A stretch of 64,000 nucleotides of DNA, taken from contig CAZQUL010000001.1 in the NCBI GenBank assembly GCA_964596525.1, positions 678,509 through 742,508 of the forward strand, in the 5' to 3' direction. Below the pieces are notes generated by a model, which was given only the letters and a program-made list of their open reading frames with translations, ran no database searches and was not told the DNA's origin. The position numbers were made by a program, and so were the translations under genes. How positions within the stretch are numbered: the first letter of the stretch is position 1; each line of letters starts with the position of its first letter. This document shows positions 19,232 through 27,630 of this stretch, one piece after another. The DNA comes from an uncultured Gammaproteobacteria bacterium. GTDB lineage: Bacteria > Patescibacteriota > Patescibacteriia > Magasanikbacterales > GWA2-37-8.

Positions 19232-21119
19232 CCCAGCGGTAGGGTGAGCGGACAAATTGCCAGAGTGCTCGGTAACAGGCGACGCTTATGAAGAGCCAAT
19301 AAATTGGTAAGAGGGGAATATAGGGAAGCAAGTATAATTGGCGGCGTTTTACCGCAACAACGGCATGCACGATCATTTGGGAAAGATTGCCGATGATAAG
19401 GTTGAAAATGCCAATATAGCGGAAGAGGAGTGTGGGAATAGGAACTGACAGGAACGTTGAAAATGGCAAGAACGATGCGGCGAACATGCACCAGAGTAAT
19501 GGATTAAAAAGAGGAAGAAAAAAATTGGAACCCACAGTAAATAAGCCGCTTGCATATCGCTTGAGCCCGACACTCTTAATGGCTTTGATGGGGTGGGCGG
19601 CATGAACAAGGAAGGTGATGAAAAACCCTTTTTCCCAACGCGTGCGTTGTCGAATCCAGTTTCCTAGCAAGCTATTTGCCTCCTCGAGAGTGTAGGAGTT
19701 GACAAGCGCAGTGATGAGTCCGTAATCGTAGATGCGTACACCCAAATCTGCGTCTTCTGTAACATTGTACGGGTCCCAGCCGCCGATACCTTTTAGATAC
19801 TTGGTGGGGAAATGATTACTCGTTCCCCCGAGGGGGATTGCTCCGCCCACTTCTTGGCTGCCCGGAAGGTAAAAATCATACCAAAAACCGTACTCGAGCG
19901 AAAATAAACGAGTTAAAATATTGCGTTTGGTGTTGTAAAAATTGAGACGTGCCTGCACGCAGACCGTGGTGAGGGCCGATCGACGAAAAGCGGCAATCGC
20001 TTTTTTGAGTTGATCTGGGTCTGGCCGATCTTCGGCGTCGTAAATAACGATGAACGAGCCGCGGGCAAAGCTTAGCGCGTAGTTGCATGAGCGGGGTTTG
20101 GTAGACAATTCAGCTATGGGCACTTTGACATGTTCGGCCATGAGCGCTTCCGGTGTTGCGTCGTTTTCGTGTTGGCCGATGCCGTGGGCGTGGAGTGCGG
20201 CGATGGTGGTAGTGTCGTTTACTTCGGTAATGAATTTAATATCGAGTTTTTCGCGTGGATAGTTTAGCGCAAAGAGATATTTAACAAGCTGAGGCACCAT
20301 TGCCGCTTCGTTCTTGAGTGGGACGAGAATGGTGTAGATTGGGAGCTCGTCGTCGGTTATGGAGTTTATCTCTTCTTCTTTTACCTGGATAAGGTGTGTG
20401 GGTTGGAAAGAACGAGAAAATACGTAAATTTTAAAAGGATTAAGAAAAAAATAAATGACATTGAGCGTTATGAAGGTGCCTAAGACGAGGGGAAATGGCC
20501 AAAGCCATAGACCTAACGCATAGAAGGCTAAAAAGCCGAGAGGAAAAACGTAGGGTACAAGCAGTGTGCGGTAGTGGCGGCTGGAGTAATCTTGCTTGAG
20601 CACTTCGATTCGATCGGTGGCAGTGATATCCAGTTCATGGCGGTAGGCGAAGGCGAGTGCGGAGCGGAGTGTGTTGGGAGGGGCTAGCGAGAAATGAGTC
20701 AGTGGCTGGCCGAGAAAGGCACTGAAAAGATCAACAGTCTCTTGAGCGATGAAGGGGGTTGCCGCTGCGAACCACACGGCACCGTTTGATTCGTATACTA
20801 AGATCTGGTGCTCGATAGCTATCTCGGCGGGAATAAGGCTAGAGACTGCCCCGGTGGGAGTTAGGTTGAGAGGAATCTCTTTAAGCAGGGGAACATCAAG
20901 AATATGAGCGAGATTCTCGTAGAAGTTATGTTCCTTGGCGTATCCTTTGAGAATTATTTTTTCAAGCGGGTGGTCTTCATGTTTAATGATCTCTTCGATG
21001 TGCTGAAAAGCCGCTTTTTTAAAAATTCGTTCATTGAGCAGTTTTTTGTTTCGCAAGCGTGGTAAAATGTTCGTGGAGTATATCGAGCGCGCGTTCCTCA
21101 TGGGCAGATTTTTGTACAT
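19209..21119 (-). CDS. Processive family-2 glycosyltransferase (cellulose/chitin/hyaluronan-synthase-like) with an N-terminal T2SSE_N-like cytoplasmic domain.
   Basis: GT2 DxD in VIYDAEDRPDPDQ and the QxxRW motif (IRQRTRWEKGF), with multiple TM helices on both sides. The N-terminal 170 aa (LAHILDVPLLKEIPLNL...LIPAEIAIEHQILVYESNGAVWFAAATP...) resembles the GspE/MshE N-terminal domain. Confidence 0.8.
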   Translation of the reverse strand: MYKNLPMRNARSIYSTNILPRLRNKKLLNERIFKKAAFQHIEEIIKHEDHPLEKIILKGYAKEHNFYENLAHILDVPLLKEIPLNLTPTGAVSSLIPAEIAIEHQILVYESNGAVWFAAATPFIAQETVDLFSAFLGQPLTHFSLAPPNTLRSALAFAYRHELDITATDRIEVLKQDYSSRHYRTLLVPYVFPLGFLAFYALGLWLWPFPLVLGTFITLNVIYFFLNPFKIYVFSRSFQPTHLIQVKEEEINSITDDELPIYTILVPLKNEAAMVPQLVKYLFALNYPREKLDIKFITEVNDTTTIAALHAHGIGQHENDATPEALMAEHVKVPIAELSTKPRSCNYALSFARGSFIVIYDAEDRPDPDQLKKAIAAFRRSALTTVCVQARLNFYNTKRNILTRLFSLEYGFWYDFYLPGSQEVGGAIPLGGTSNHFPTKYLKGIGGWDPYNVTEDADLGVRIYDYGLITALVNSYTLEEANSLLGNWIRQRTRWEKGFFITFLVHAAHPIKAIKSVGLKRYASGLFTVGSNFFLPLFNPLLWCMFAASFLPFSTFLSVPIPTLLFRYIGIFNLIIGNLSQMIVHAVVAVKRRQLYLLPYIPLLPIYWLFISVACYRALWQFVRSPYRWEKTRHAL

Positions 21120-21200
21120 CTCGCATGAGGCGTTGTAAACGATCTTCGAGAACGAGTAACGATGATACGGTGGTGGTTGCAGTGAGGATAAGCTTGGTTT

Positions 21201-21422
21201 TCATATAGTACGTTTTGGACGCAGTAGCGAATCAATTATCTCTTCGCGTTCCTGAACCAACCCTGCGGCGGTGGAGAAAAATTTTTCCCAGTCGCCCCGT
21301 TCGGAGGTGGGTAGCGTGCCGAGATAATTGCGCCAGCCTTGAATTTTATTTTTCATGAGCTTTGTTATCTCGCGTGCTTCGATAAGGGCGTCGCGGGGGA
21401 TAGTCTTTCCTTTTTTGTTCAT
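21201..21422 (-). CDS. Hypothetical small protein.
   Basis: 73-aa ORF between the GT2 gene and manC with plausible, non-shadow composition. Its start codon abuts the manC ATG at 21423. Confidence 0.3.
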   Translation of the reverse strand: MNKKGKTIPRDALIEAREITKLMKNKIQGWRNYLGTLPTSERGDWEKFFSTAAGLVQEREEIIDSLLRPKRTI

Positions 21423-22430
21423 ATGAAAAAACTACGTATTGCTCCGGTCTTGGTGGGAGTAATTTATGCGGGTGGTAACGGCACAAGGCTTTGGCCGATT
21501 TCTACGGCGGAAAACCCCAAGCAGATCAATACGGTTTTTACGGGCAAGAGCATGGTGGTTGAGGCGTACCGCCGGGCACGACTTTTTCTTCCTCCGGAGC
21601 GTATTGTTGTGGTAGTGACTGCGGCTCTTTATCCAAAGGTTTTCGCTGCGTTGGATCTGCCGGTGCGTAACTATATTATACAACCCAAAAACGCCGACAC
21701 CGCGAGCGCTTTCGCATTGACCGCCTTGGTTCTGGAAACATTATACCCCGGCGCCGTGGCAGTGACCATCTATGCCGACCATATTGTTCTTAATACACGG
21801 CGCTACATTGCGGCGGTGCACGAAGCGGCTCGTCTTGCTAGAAGCAAACATGCGCTGGTTACTATTGGCACTAAACCACTGTATCCAAACCCGCTTTTTG
21901 GCTATATCAAGCTCAAGAAAGAACGCCTCGCTCCTAACGTTCATACCGCTATCGCGTTCGTTGAGAAACCAACTATTGAACAGGCTAGACGATATATTTC
22001 TTCGCATCAATACGTGTGGAATACTGGCTTATACGTATGGGAGCCCACGGCAATCCTGCATATTTTTAAACGCTATGCCACAGAGTTTTACCAGGCTCTT
22101 CTTGCGCTGCGGGCTTTTATTCTAACGCCTGATTTCGATCGCCAACTGGCGCGTTGGTACGGCTATATCAAACCAGTATCGTTTGAACGACAGGTATCGG
22201 AACGCATGCAAGGTCTCTACGTTCTGGTAGCTGATTATGCGTGGAAAGATCTCGGTAATTGGAATGTGATTTATGAGGTTGCCGGCAAGAATGCGGCGCG
22301 CCACGCGCTTCTGGGTGAAAAACCGGCAAAATTCGTTTCAGTAGATAGTTCCGGATGCTTGCTGCTTGCGCCCGGTAAAAAAGTGGCACTCATAGGAGTG
22401 AAAGATCTGGTAGTGGTCGGAGACCGATGA
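21423..22430 (+). CDS. Mannose-1-phosphate guanylyltransferase-like sugar nucleotidyltransferase.
   Basis: GGNGTRLWPIS matches the GGxGTRLWP motif of ManC/GMP-type NTP transferases. Start taken at the internal ATG 21423. Confidence 0.75.
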   Translation: MKKLRIAPVLVGVIYAGGNGTRLWPISTAENPKQINTVFTGKSMVVEAYRRARLFLPPERIVVVVTAALYPKVFAALDLPVRNYIIQPKNADTASAFALTALVLETLYPGAVAVTIYADHIVLNTRRYIAAVHEAARLARSKHALVTIGTKPLYPNPLFGYIKLKKERLAPNVHTAIAFVEKPTIEQARRYISSHQYVWNTGLYVWEPTAILHIFKRYATEFYQALLALRAFILTPDFDRQLARWYGYIKPVSFERQVSERMQGLYVLVADYAWKDLGNWNVIYEVAGKNAARHALLGEKPAKFVSVDSSGCLLLAPGKKVALIGVKDLVVVGDR

Positions 22431-22589
22431 CACCCTACTGGTTATGGCGCGTGAGGCGGCAGCTGACGTTAAAAAAGCTGTTTGTAAGCTAAATGATTAA
22501 TGTTGCGCGCAGAACGCAAAGTAATGAAAAAGACCTAAAAGGCTGCTGGTGCAAGGTTTTTCACACGAACGGGGCCGTTCTGCAAACTA

Positions 22590-22618
22590 TTGACAAAAGA
22601 GCTTTTTTATGATACACT
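22590..22618 (+). promoter_or_regulatory. σ70-type promoter (TTGACA-17-TACACT) for the 22659 gene.
   Basis: TTGACA at 22590-22595, a 17-nt spacer, TACACT at 22613-22618, and GGAGGA SD at 22644-22649. Confidence 0.55.
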
Positions 22619-22658
22619 TTTGAGTTAAGTGTCCCAACCCTGAACTGGAGGATAATAA

Positions 22659-22919
22659 ATGAGTGTTGATGTGCTCAAAGAGCTGTGTGAGGCCGGTGCC
22701 CGCTACGTTACCCGTCTCCAGGGTGCGTTGGATATGAGGTGGCGGATCTACTGTTACTATGCCCTGAATCCTACCCGCGGGACACCTGAAGTGCTGGAGT
22801 GGGTGTCTGCCAACCTCACCCGGGTCCAGAGGCGTCTCAACGAGGTTGAAGAGGCCCTGCGGCATCTGCAGGACGCCTACCAACGCGCCGCGGCCAAAGC
22901 CGCCTTGCTCGCCGCCTAG
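22659..22919 (+). CDS. Hypothetical 86-aa protein with GC-rich codon usage.
   Basis: Good promoter and SD. The C-terminal half is helical and heptad-like (LTRVQRRLNEVEEALRHLQDAYQRAAAKAALLAA). No motif recognised. Confidence 0.45.
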   Translation: MSVDVLKELCEAGARYVTRLQGALDMRWRIYCYYALNPTRGTPEVLEWVSANLTRVQRRLNEVEEALRHLQDAYQRAAAKAALLAA

Positions 22920-23029
22920 TCGCGAGAGGGGGTGGCACGAAAACCGCCCCTTACTCGTTATGTCCATACCATGTGTGGTTATAACGAGAGGGCGGTTTTT
23001 ATAATTTAAAAAGAGCCGGTAAATAAGAT

Positions 23030-23467
23030 TTACAAGCTCATGAGAGTGAAGGTTTCGGTTACGCTTCGTTCAATGGAGCAGTTTTGCCTGCCGAGCGTAG
23101 CGACGCAGTCCCAAAGTCCGCGGCCAAGGGACTTGTAGATATCCACGCGGGCACGGATGCTGTGGTTGATGGCAATGCCGGTAACCGGGCCGGATTCAGT
23201 ATCCGCGGAAGCGACGAAGCGCTCGTTGAGTACGATCGGGCCGTCAAAGCGCTGAATATGAACGGCTACCGTGCTGTCGTTACCGTTCACGATAGTCACT
23301 ACGCCGCGCTCCACATCAGTGAGCGTGATGTATATACTTACGCCCGCGAGCGTGAAATGGAAATGCTTATTGCTTGAGTAAAGCGGTGTGGGCGGGGGTT
23401 CGCAGGCAGTAAACGACGTGAAAAAATAACCGATGACGAGACCGATGAGAAGAGATCGGCGACGCAT
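23030..23467 (-). CDS. Hypothetical lipoprotein.
   Basis: N-terminal MRRRSLLIGLVIGYFFTSFTAC, a signal peptide with a lipobox-like Cys. 145 aa. Confidence 0.45.
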   Translation of the reverse strand: MRRRSLLIGLVIGYFFTSFTACEPPPTPLYSSNKHFHFTLAGVSIYITLTDVERGVVTIVNGNDSTVAVHIQRFDGPIVLNERFVASADTESGPVTGIAINHSIRARVDIYKSLGRGLWDCVATLGRQNCSIERSVTETFTLMSL

Positions 23468-23647
23468 GAGTGCCTCCTGAGTTCCTTAGTACGATGCCTC
23501 GTACTCATTGCTATGTCAATGATCTGAACGACAATTCGATTGTTTAAAATTCATCTATTTTTTAAACATAATTAAGGATGTTTAAAGTTGCAGATTTGAA
23601 TGCGGTAATTTTGAACACTCCACGTTCTCTACTCTTACAGTCTCTGG

Positions 23648-23676
23648 TTGACAAAAAATGAGATACACCTTATAAT
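23648..23676 (+). promoter_or_regulatory. Perfect consensus σ70 promoter (TTGACA-17-TATAAT) for the M50 protease gene.
   Basis: TTGACA at 23648-23653, an exact 17-nt spacer, TATAAT at 23671-23676, and AGAGGGGGAG SD before the ATG at 23734. Confidence 0.7.
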
Positions 23677-23733
23677 GCGCTGTTTAGCTCTATAGCCAGG
23701 GCTAAATTCAACGAACAGCAGAGGGGGAGTTAA

Positions 23734-24669
23734 ATGGACAAGAAAAAGAACCGTTTGCTCGCGTGGCCAGCTGTGATCGTAACCAAGTCGACCCAACTCA
23801 TGAAGGCCTTTAAGCTCTTTAAAGCGCTCAAGATCGCCAAGTTCGCACTCACCTTTCTGACGATGACCCTGTCGGCCGTGGCGTATTCATTCCGCTATGG
23901 AAGCTGGTCTTTCGCTGTCGGGTTCGTTATCATGCTCTTTATTCATGAGATGGGCCATGTCGTTGCTCTCCGGGAGCGGGGATATCGGGCTTCGCTGCCT
24001 GTGTTCATACCGTTTCTCGGTGCGCTCATCTTCGCTCCAAGGTTCTCCTCGTCCGAAGATGAGGCGTATGCGGCGTACGCTGGTCCGTTGTTTGGCACCA
24101 TCGCCGCCGCTACCGCCTTTCTGCTGTGGTTTACGGGGATGTGTCCCTTCAACAGCATGCTCCTCGTGAGTTTCTCGGGTGCGCTCCTCAACCTGTTCAA
24201 CCTTATGCCGGTACCGCCGCTCGATGGCGGGCGCGTTACCCGCGCGGTTGGAAGCTGGTTCAAATGGATCGGGATGGTGATGCTGCTTCTACTCTTGATT
24301 GCTGGCCAGGATGCGGCGCTCCTGCTCGTCTTCCTCATGGCCATCAGGGAGCTCGAAATCAGTCCCGCCGCCAAGTTAAAAGTCGGTGCGACCTGCTTTG
24401 TGGTCATGACTGTGCTGCTCGCGCTCGGTTTCACTAAGCAGCACTGGATGATTTCGGTTGTCGATGTGGTGATCGGCACGGTCTTTCTTCTTAACGTGCT
24501 GAGCGATGTGGCGAGTGATCATGAGAATCCGACCCCCGCTGTGCCCGAGGTCGCTAGTCCGAATCCTCGCCGCTTCATGTGGCTCGGTCTATACCTTGCG
24601 CTGGTCGGTGTGCTGCTCGCCCTCATGGCAGCGCACACCCCGTATCTCGCCCAGATCGTAAAGCGCTAA
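23734..24669 (+). CDS. Membrane-embedded zinc metalloprotease of the M50 (site-2 protease/SpoIVFB-like) family.
   Basis: HExxH in a TM helix (LFIHEMGHVVAL) plus the second M50 signature NLFNLMPVPPLDGGR. Polytopic membrane protein, 311 aa. Confidence 0.7.
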   Translation: MDKKKNRLLAWPAVIVTKSTQLMKAFKLFKALKIAKFALTFLTMTLSAVAYSFRYGSWSFAVGFVIMLFIHEMGHVVALRERGYRASLPVFIPFLGALIFAPRFSSSEDEAYAAYAGPLFGTIAAATAFLLWFTGMCPFNSMLLVSFSGALLNLFNLMPVPPLDGGRVTRAVGSWFKWIGMVMLLLLLIAGQDAALLLVFLMAIRELEISPAAKLKVGATCFVVMTVLLALGFTKQHWMISVVDVVIGTVFLLNVLSDVASDHENPTPAVPEVASPNPRRFMWLGLYLALVGVLLALMAAHTPYLAQIVKR

Positions 24670-24933
24670 GGCAGGGCTCACTGTACCTAAAACCACCCCA
24701 TCAAAAAACCATAAGCCCACCACGTCTTGCGCGAGATGTTCCGGTGGGTTTTTTCAAAAACAGTCCTCAGAGTTTGAGGACCGTTTTTGTTTTGCAGGAG
24801 ACTGAGATATGCTCCTAGAGTTTTATTAGTGTGTAACTTTCTATTATCCGCAGAAAATCTTGCCTTTCCCCCTTTTCTGTGAATATGCTGTAGTACGAAC
24901 GTAAAGACATGCGTTCAGTACAGGAGAGCTGCA

Positions 24934-25566
24934 ATGTTGACGATTACCTCTATCCCTGACCACCGTTCGTTTGAGGAGCTCGGCCCTCATATTAACGAGA
25001 TTCACCTGGTGGGGCAGCTTACGGGTTGGGTTTTCGATATCCTCGAAAAACGAGCGCCTAATCTCAAGCTCATCGAGCTCGGTCCTTCTCTTTTAGCGAG
25101 CCTTCCCTTCCGCATGCGCGAGAAATGCCGGGCAAAGGGGATAGTGCTCAAGGCGAACTGCCTTCCGCCCCTCATTACTCGGCGCCCGCCGGAACCGCGG
25201 GATCCCCATTTCGCCAGCAAGCGGCGCATACTCCGTTCGCTGCGCGGTATTGGCCGGCGGCGACTCCAGTTCCTGCTAAAGAATAAGTACAAACCCGCTC
25301 AAGACCTTCTAGCGTATTATGGGGTGCGGGCGAGAAAGAATAGCGCGGCGTCTTCTGAAGCGCCTCCTCAATTCTTGACCGTACATATGCGGGCAGTTTT
25401 TGCCTGCATTCACCCGACACAGGTGGTGGATTCGAAAGTGCTCGAGCGGGCCTGGAAACTTTACCTGGCCAGCTTTGCTCAAGCGGAACTCGAACCATTC
25501 CTGAGCAAGCTCAAGAAGATCGAGGTTAGTTTTCAGGCCGCCTTCGAAGCCGGCCTTGAGAATTAA
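24934..25566 (+). CDS. Hypothetical protein with a probable helix-hairpin-helix motif.
   Basis: LRSLRGIGRRRLQFLL resembles the HhH GIG motif of UvrC/ComEA-type DNA-binding modules. The rest is unrecognised. AGGAGA SD is present. Confidence 0.4.
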   Translation: MLTITSIPDHRSFEELGPHINEIHLVGQLTGWVFDILEKRAPNLKLIELGPSLLASLPFRMREKCRAKGIVLKANCLPPLITRRPPEPRDPHFASKRRILRSLRGIGRRRLQFLLKNKYKPAQDLLAYYGVRARKNSAASSEAPPQFLTVHMRAVFACIHPTQVVDSKVLERAWKLYLASFAQAELEPFLSKLKKIEVSFQAAFEAGLEN

Positions 25567-25686
25567 GGTAGGCCACCCTCTTTAAGATAAACCCATGCCG
25601 TCCGTAAGGGCGGTTTTAATATACATATAAGTTAGCCAAAATATTGCTTATTATTTTAAACTATCCACAGCATCTCCGGGTATATC

Positions 25687-25714
25687 TTGACAACATATCC
25701 AAATATGCTATTCT
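25687..25714 (+). promoter_or_regulatory. σ70-like promoter (TTGACA-16-TATTCT) for the high-GC lipoprotein gene.
   Basis: TTGACA at 25687-25692 and TATTCT at 25709-25714. Confidence 0.45.
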
Positions 25715-25739
25715 GGCCCAGTCTCAAGCGCTTTTTGGT

Positions 25740-25784
25740 CCGGTGCCTTTCATGCATTCCTATTTTGTGGGTGAAGGGCACCGG
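25740..25784 (+). promoter_or_regulatory. Near-perfect 13-bp inverted repeat in the leader of the lipoprotein gene: CCGGTGCCTTTCA-N19-TGAAGGGCACCGG.
   Basis: The arms at 25740-25752 and 25772-25784 are reverse complements with one mismatch. The repeat sits between the promoter and the SD (ACAGGAGG). Confidence 0.45.
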
Positions 25785-25811
25785 GGCATTCCGCCCCACA
25801 GGAGGTGCGCT

Positions 25812-26285
25812 ATGAAGATGTCCAATAAGAAGGGTCTCCGTTCCGTCATGTTCTCCGTCGCCCTCGCCGGCTTCGCCCTCATCGGTGGCTGCGGCCTGCC
25901 GCCGGAGGACTACGTCGGAACCGAGGAGCTCGTCTGCCAGAAGGGTTCCCAGGTGGGGGCGCCGATCGTCGTGGGCTACGTGCTCGGTAACAGCGGCCTG
26001 CTGCTGAGCGACGTGGCCAGCCGAACCATCGTCGTGACCGAGGAGAGCGGAGCGTCGAGCGCGAACACCCAGAACTTCGCTGCGAACGCCGGCAAGTCGC
26101 TCGGCACGAAGCAGCTCAAGGACAGCGTGCTGCCCTGCAGTGTGGGCCGCCTCACCATCAAGACCTTCGTCACGCTGACGAACGACAGGGGTGAGGCGCA
26201 GGGGTCGGAGTCCTACGACTACCGCGCCGACCTCGAGCACCCCGCGACCGCGGTTCAGCTCAAGCTGACCATGGTCCAGAAGTAG
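25812..26285 (+). CDS. Hypothetical lipoprotein with strongly GC-biased codon usage (third positions largely G/C).
   Basis: MKMSNKKGLRSVMFSVALAGFALIGGC, a signal peptide with a lipobox LIGGC. The codon usage is unlike the flanking genes. Confidence 0.55.
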   Translation: MKMSNKKGLRSVMFSVALAGFALIGGCGLPPEDYVGTEELVCQKGSQVGAPIVVGYVLGNSGLLLSDVASRTIVVTEESGASSANTQNFAANAGKSLGTKQLKDSVLPCSVGRLTIKTFVTLTNDRGEAQGSESYDYRADLEHPATAVQLKLTMVQK

Positions 26286-26417
26286 CGGCTGCGGCCTGAG
26301 CTGCGCCCGCTGCGCCCCGGATGAACGGGGCGCTTTTGTTTTTTGACTTTTTGTCCTCGGCAGAGTAAGGTGATGGATCGTCGAATGCTTCGACGAGAAT
26401 AACGTAGGGAGGTAGCC

Positions 26418-26978
26418 ATGCCGCAATCACCGTGGCCTCAACAGGTAGTCTTTTCGGAACTCAATTATCCCAGTTTCGCCAAAGCGTTTCGTCAGGCTGC
26501 TACGTTTAGGCAGGTAGGCGATCGATTGAGTATCGAAGATTTTTCTGGCAGCTCTTGGGCTTTGCAGCCTGGTTGCCCTATGGATGAAACATCGATACCG
26601 TATGCGGCGATCGTTCGCGGTCGGCGTTATATCATCGATGTCGACGATACCGAGGTGGACGAGCAGGGTAAACGGATCGTGTTTGAGCTGGTAGAGATTA
26701 AAAGCTATCAGCCTACTGATGCTGATCGCGTAGCAGATATCCGGGCGTGCCTCGAGTACCTTAATCCCACGATCGAGCGCTCGCTTGACGTGCCGCTCGT
26801 GCCGCCGTGGCCTGATGCGCCGCGCATCGAGGAAGGTGCTATTAAGATCGTCATGACGGTCAAGTACGTTGGCGAGCGCTACAGCGTGCTCGCCCTCGAA
26901 CCGCTGGCGCCCGTCAACGCGTCTGATGGGGCGGGTCTTAGCTGGTTCCAGCGTCTCTTGAAGCGATGGTTTTTTTAG
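26418..26978 (+). CDS. Hypothetical protein.
   Basis: 186-aa ORF co-directional with its neighbours. No motif recognised. Confidence 0.4.
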   Translation: MPQSPWPQQVVFSELNYPSFAKAFRQAATFRQVGDRLSIEDFSGSSWALQPGCPMDETSIPYAAIVRGRRYIIDVDDTEVDEQGKRIVFELVEIKSYQPTDADRVADIRACLEYLNPTIERSLDVPLVPPWPDAPRIEEGAIKIVMTVKYVGERYSVLALEPLAPVNASDGAGLSWFQRLLKRWFF

Positions 26979-27232
26979 GAGGTGCAAACGTAAGCGTGCT
27001 TTGTAGCTCTTATCTCATCGCGTACCACGCGAGCTCAAAGCGCGTAAACCAGAGCTGAGCCAAAAATTCCGCAAAGATTAGTCGTCCGCCCTTCATACGG
27101 GGCGGATATTTGTTTTTTATATTAGGGTTGAGCATACCTGATGCGGTGCTTAAAATCTTGACAATAATCGTCTTCTTTGCTATGCTTAACCGTCAATTAC
27201 ACGCACTGTCAAAACATTGCTGGAGGTGTATC

Positions 27233-27484
27233 ATGCAGTCCCTGGACGATCTTAAGGCCCATTTGGCGCGAGAGCAGGTTCTTTACTACGATCTGTTCGG
27301 TACACTCGGCCCGGTTCGGGCTGAGGTGCTGCGCACTATTACGTGGGAGAGGATTACGTGCACAGAGTGCCCGGCTGCCTTTGAAGCCGTGGTTAAGCTG
27401 CCTGAGCTGGGTTTCATCAGAGACGTTGTGCTCCAGTTCCACAGCGACAGCGTCAATGGAATTTTCTTGCGTATCAACCCCTGA
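27233..27484 (+). CDS. Hypothetical small protein.
   Basis: ATG at 27233 preceded by a GGAGGTG SD at 27222-27228. 83 aa. Confidence 0.4.
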   Translation: MQSLDDLKAHLAREQVLYYDLFGTLGPVRAEVLRTITWERITCTECPAAFEAVVKLPELGFIRDVVLQFHSDSVNGIFLRINP

Positions 27485-27572
27485 TTGCTCCACGCTACCA
27501 ATCACGCGCGCCCTTACGGTACAGAGCGTAGCTCCTGCCTTGGGCGCGCTCTTTAATTTTGCATGCAGATAA

Positions 27573-27602
27573 TTGACAAAATCCTGCTTTTTCTGCTATA
27601 AA
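27573..27602 (+). promoter_or_regulatory. σ70-type promoter of the ABC-F gene (TTGACA-18-TATAAA).
   Basis: TTGACA at 27573-27578 and TATAAA at 27597-27602. Confidence 0.55.
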
Positions 27603-27630
27603 ATCTCGTATTACTCCGCTTAAAATCCCT

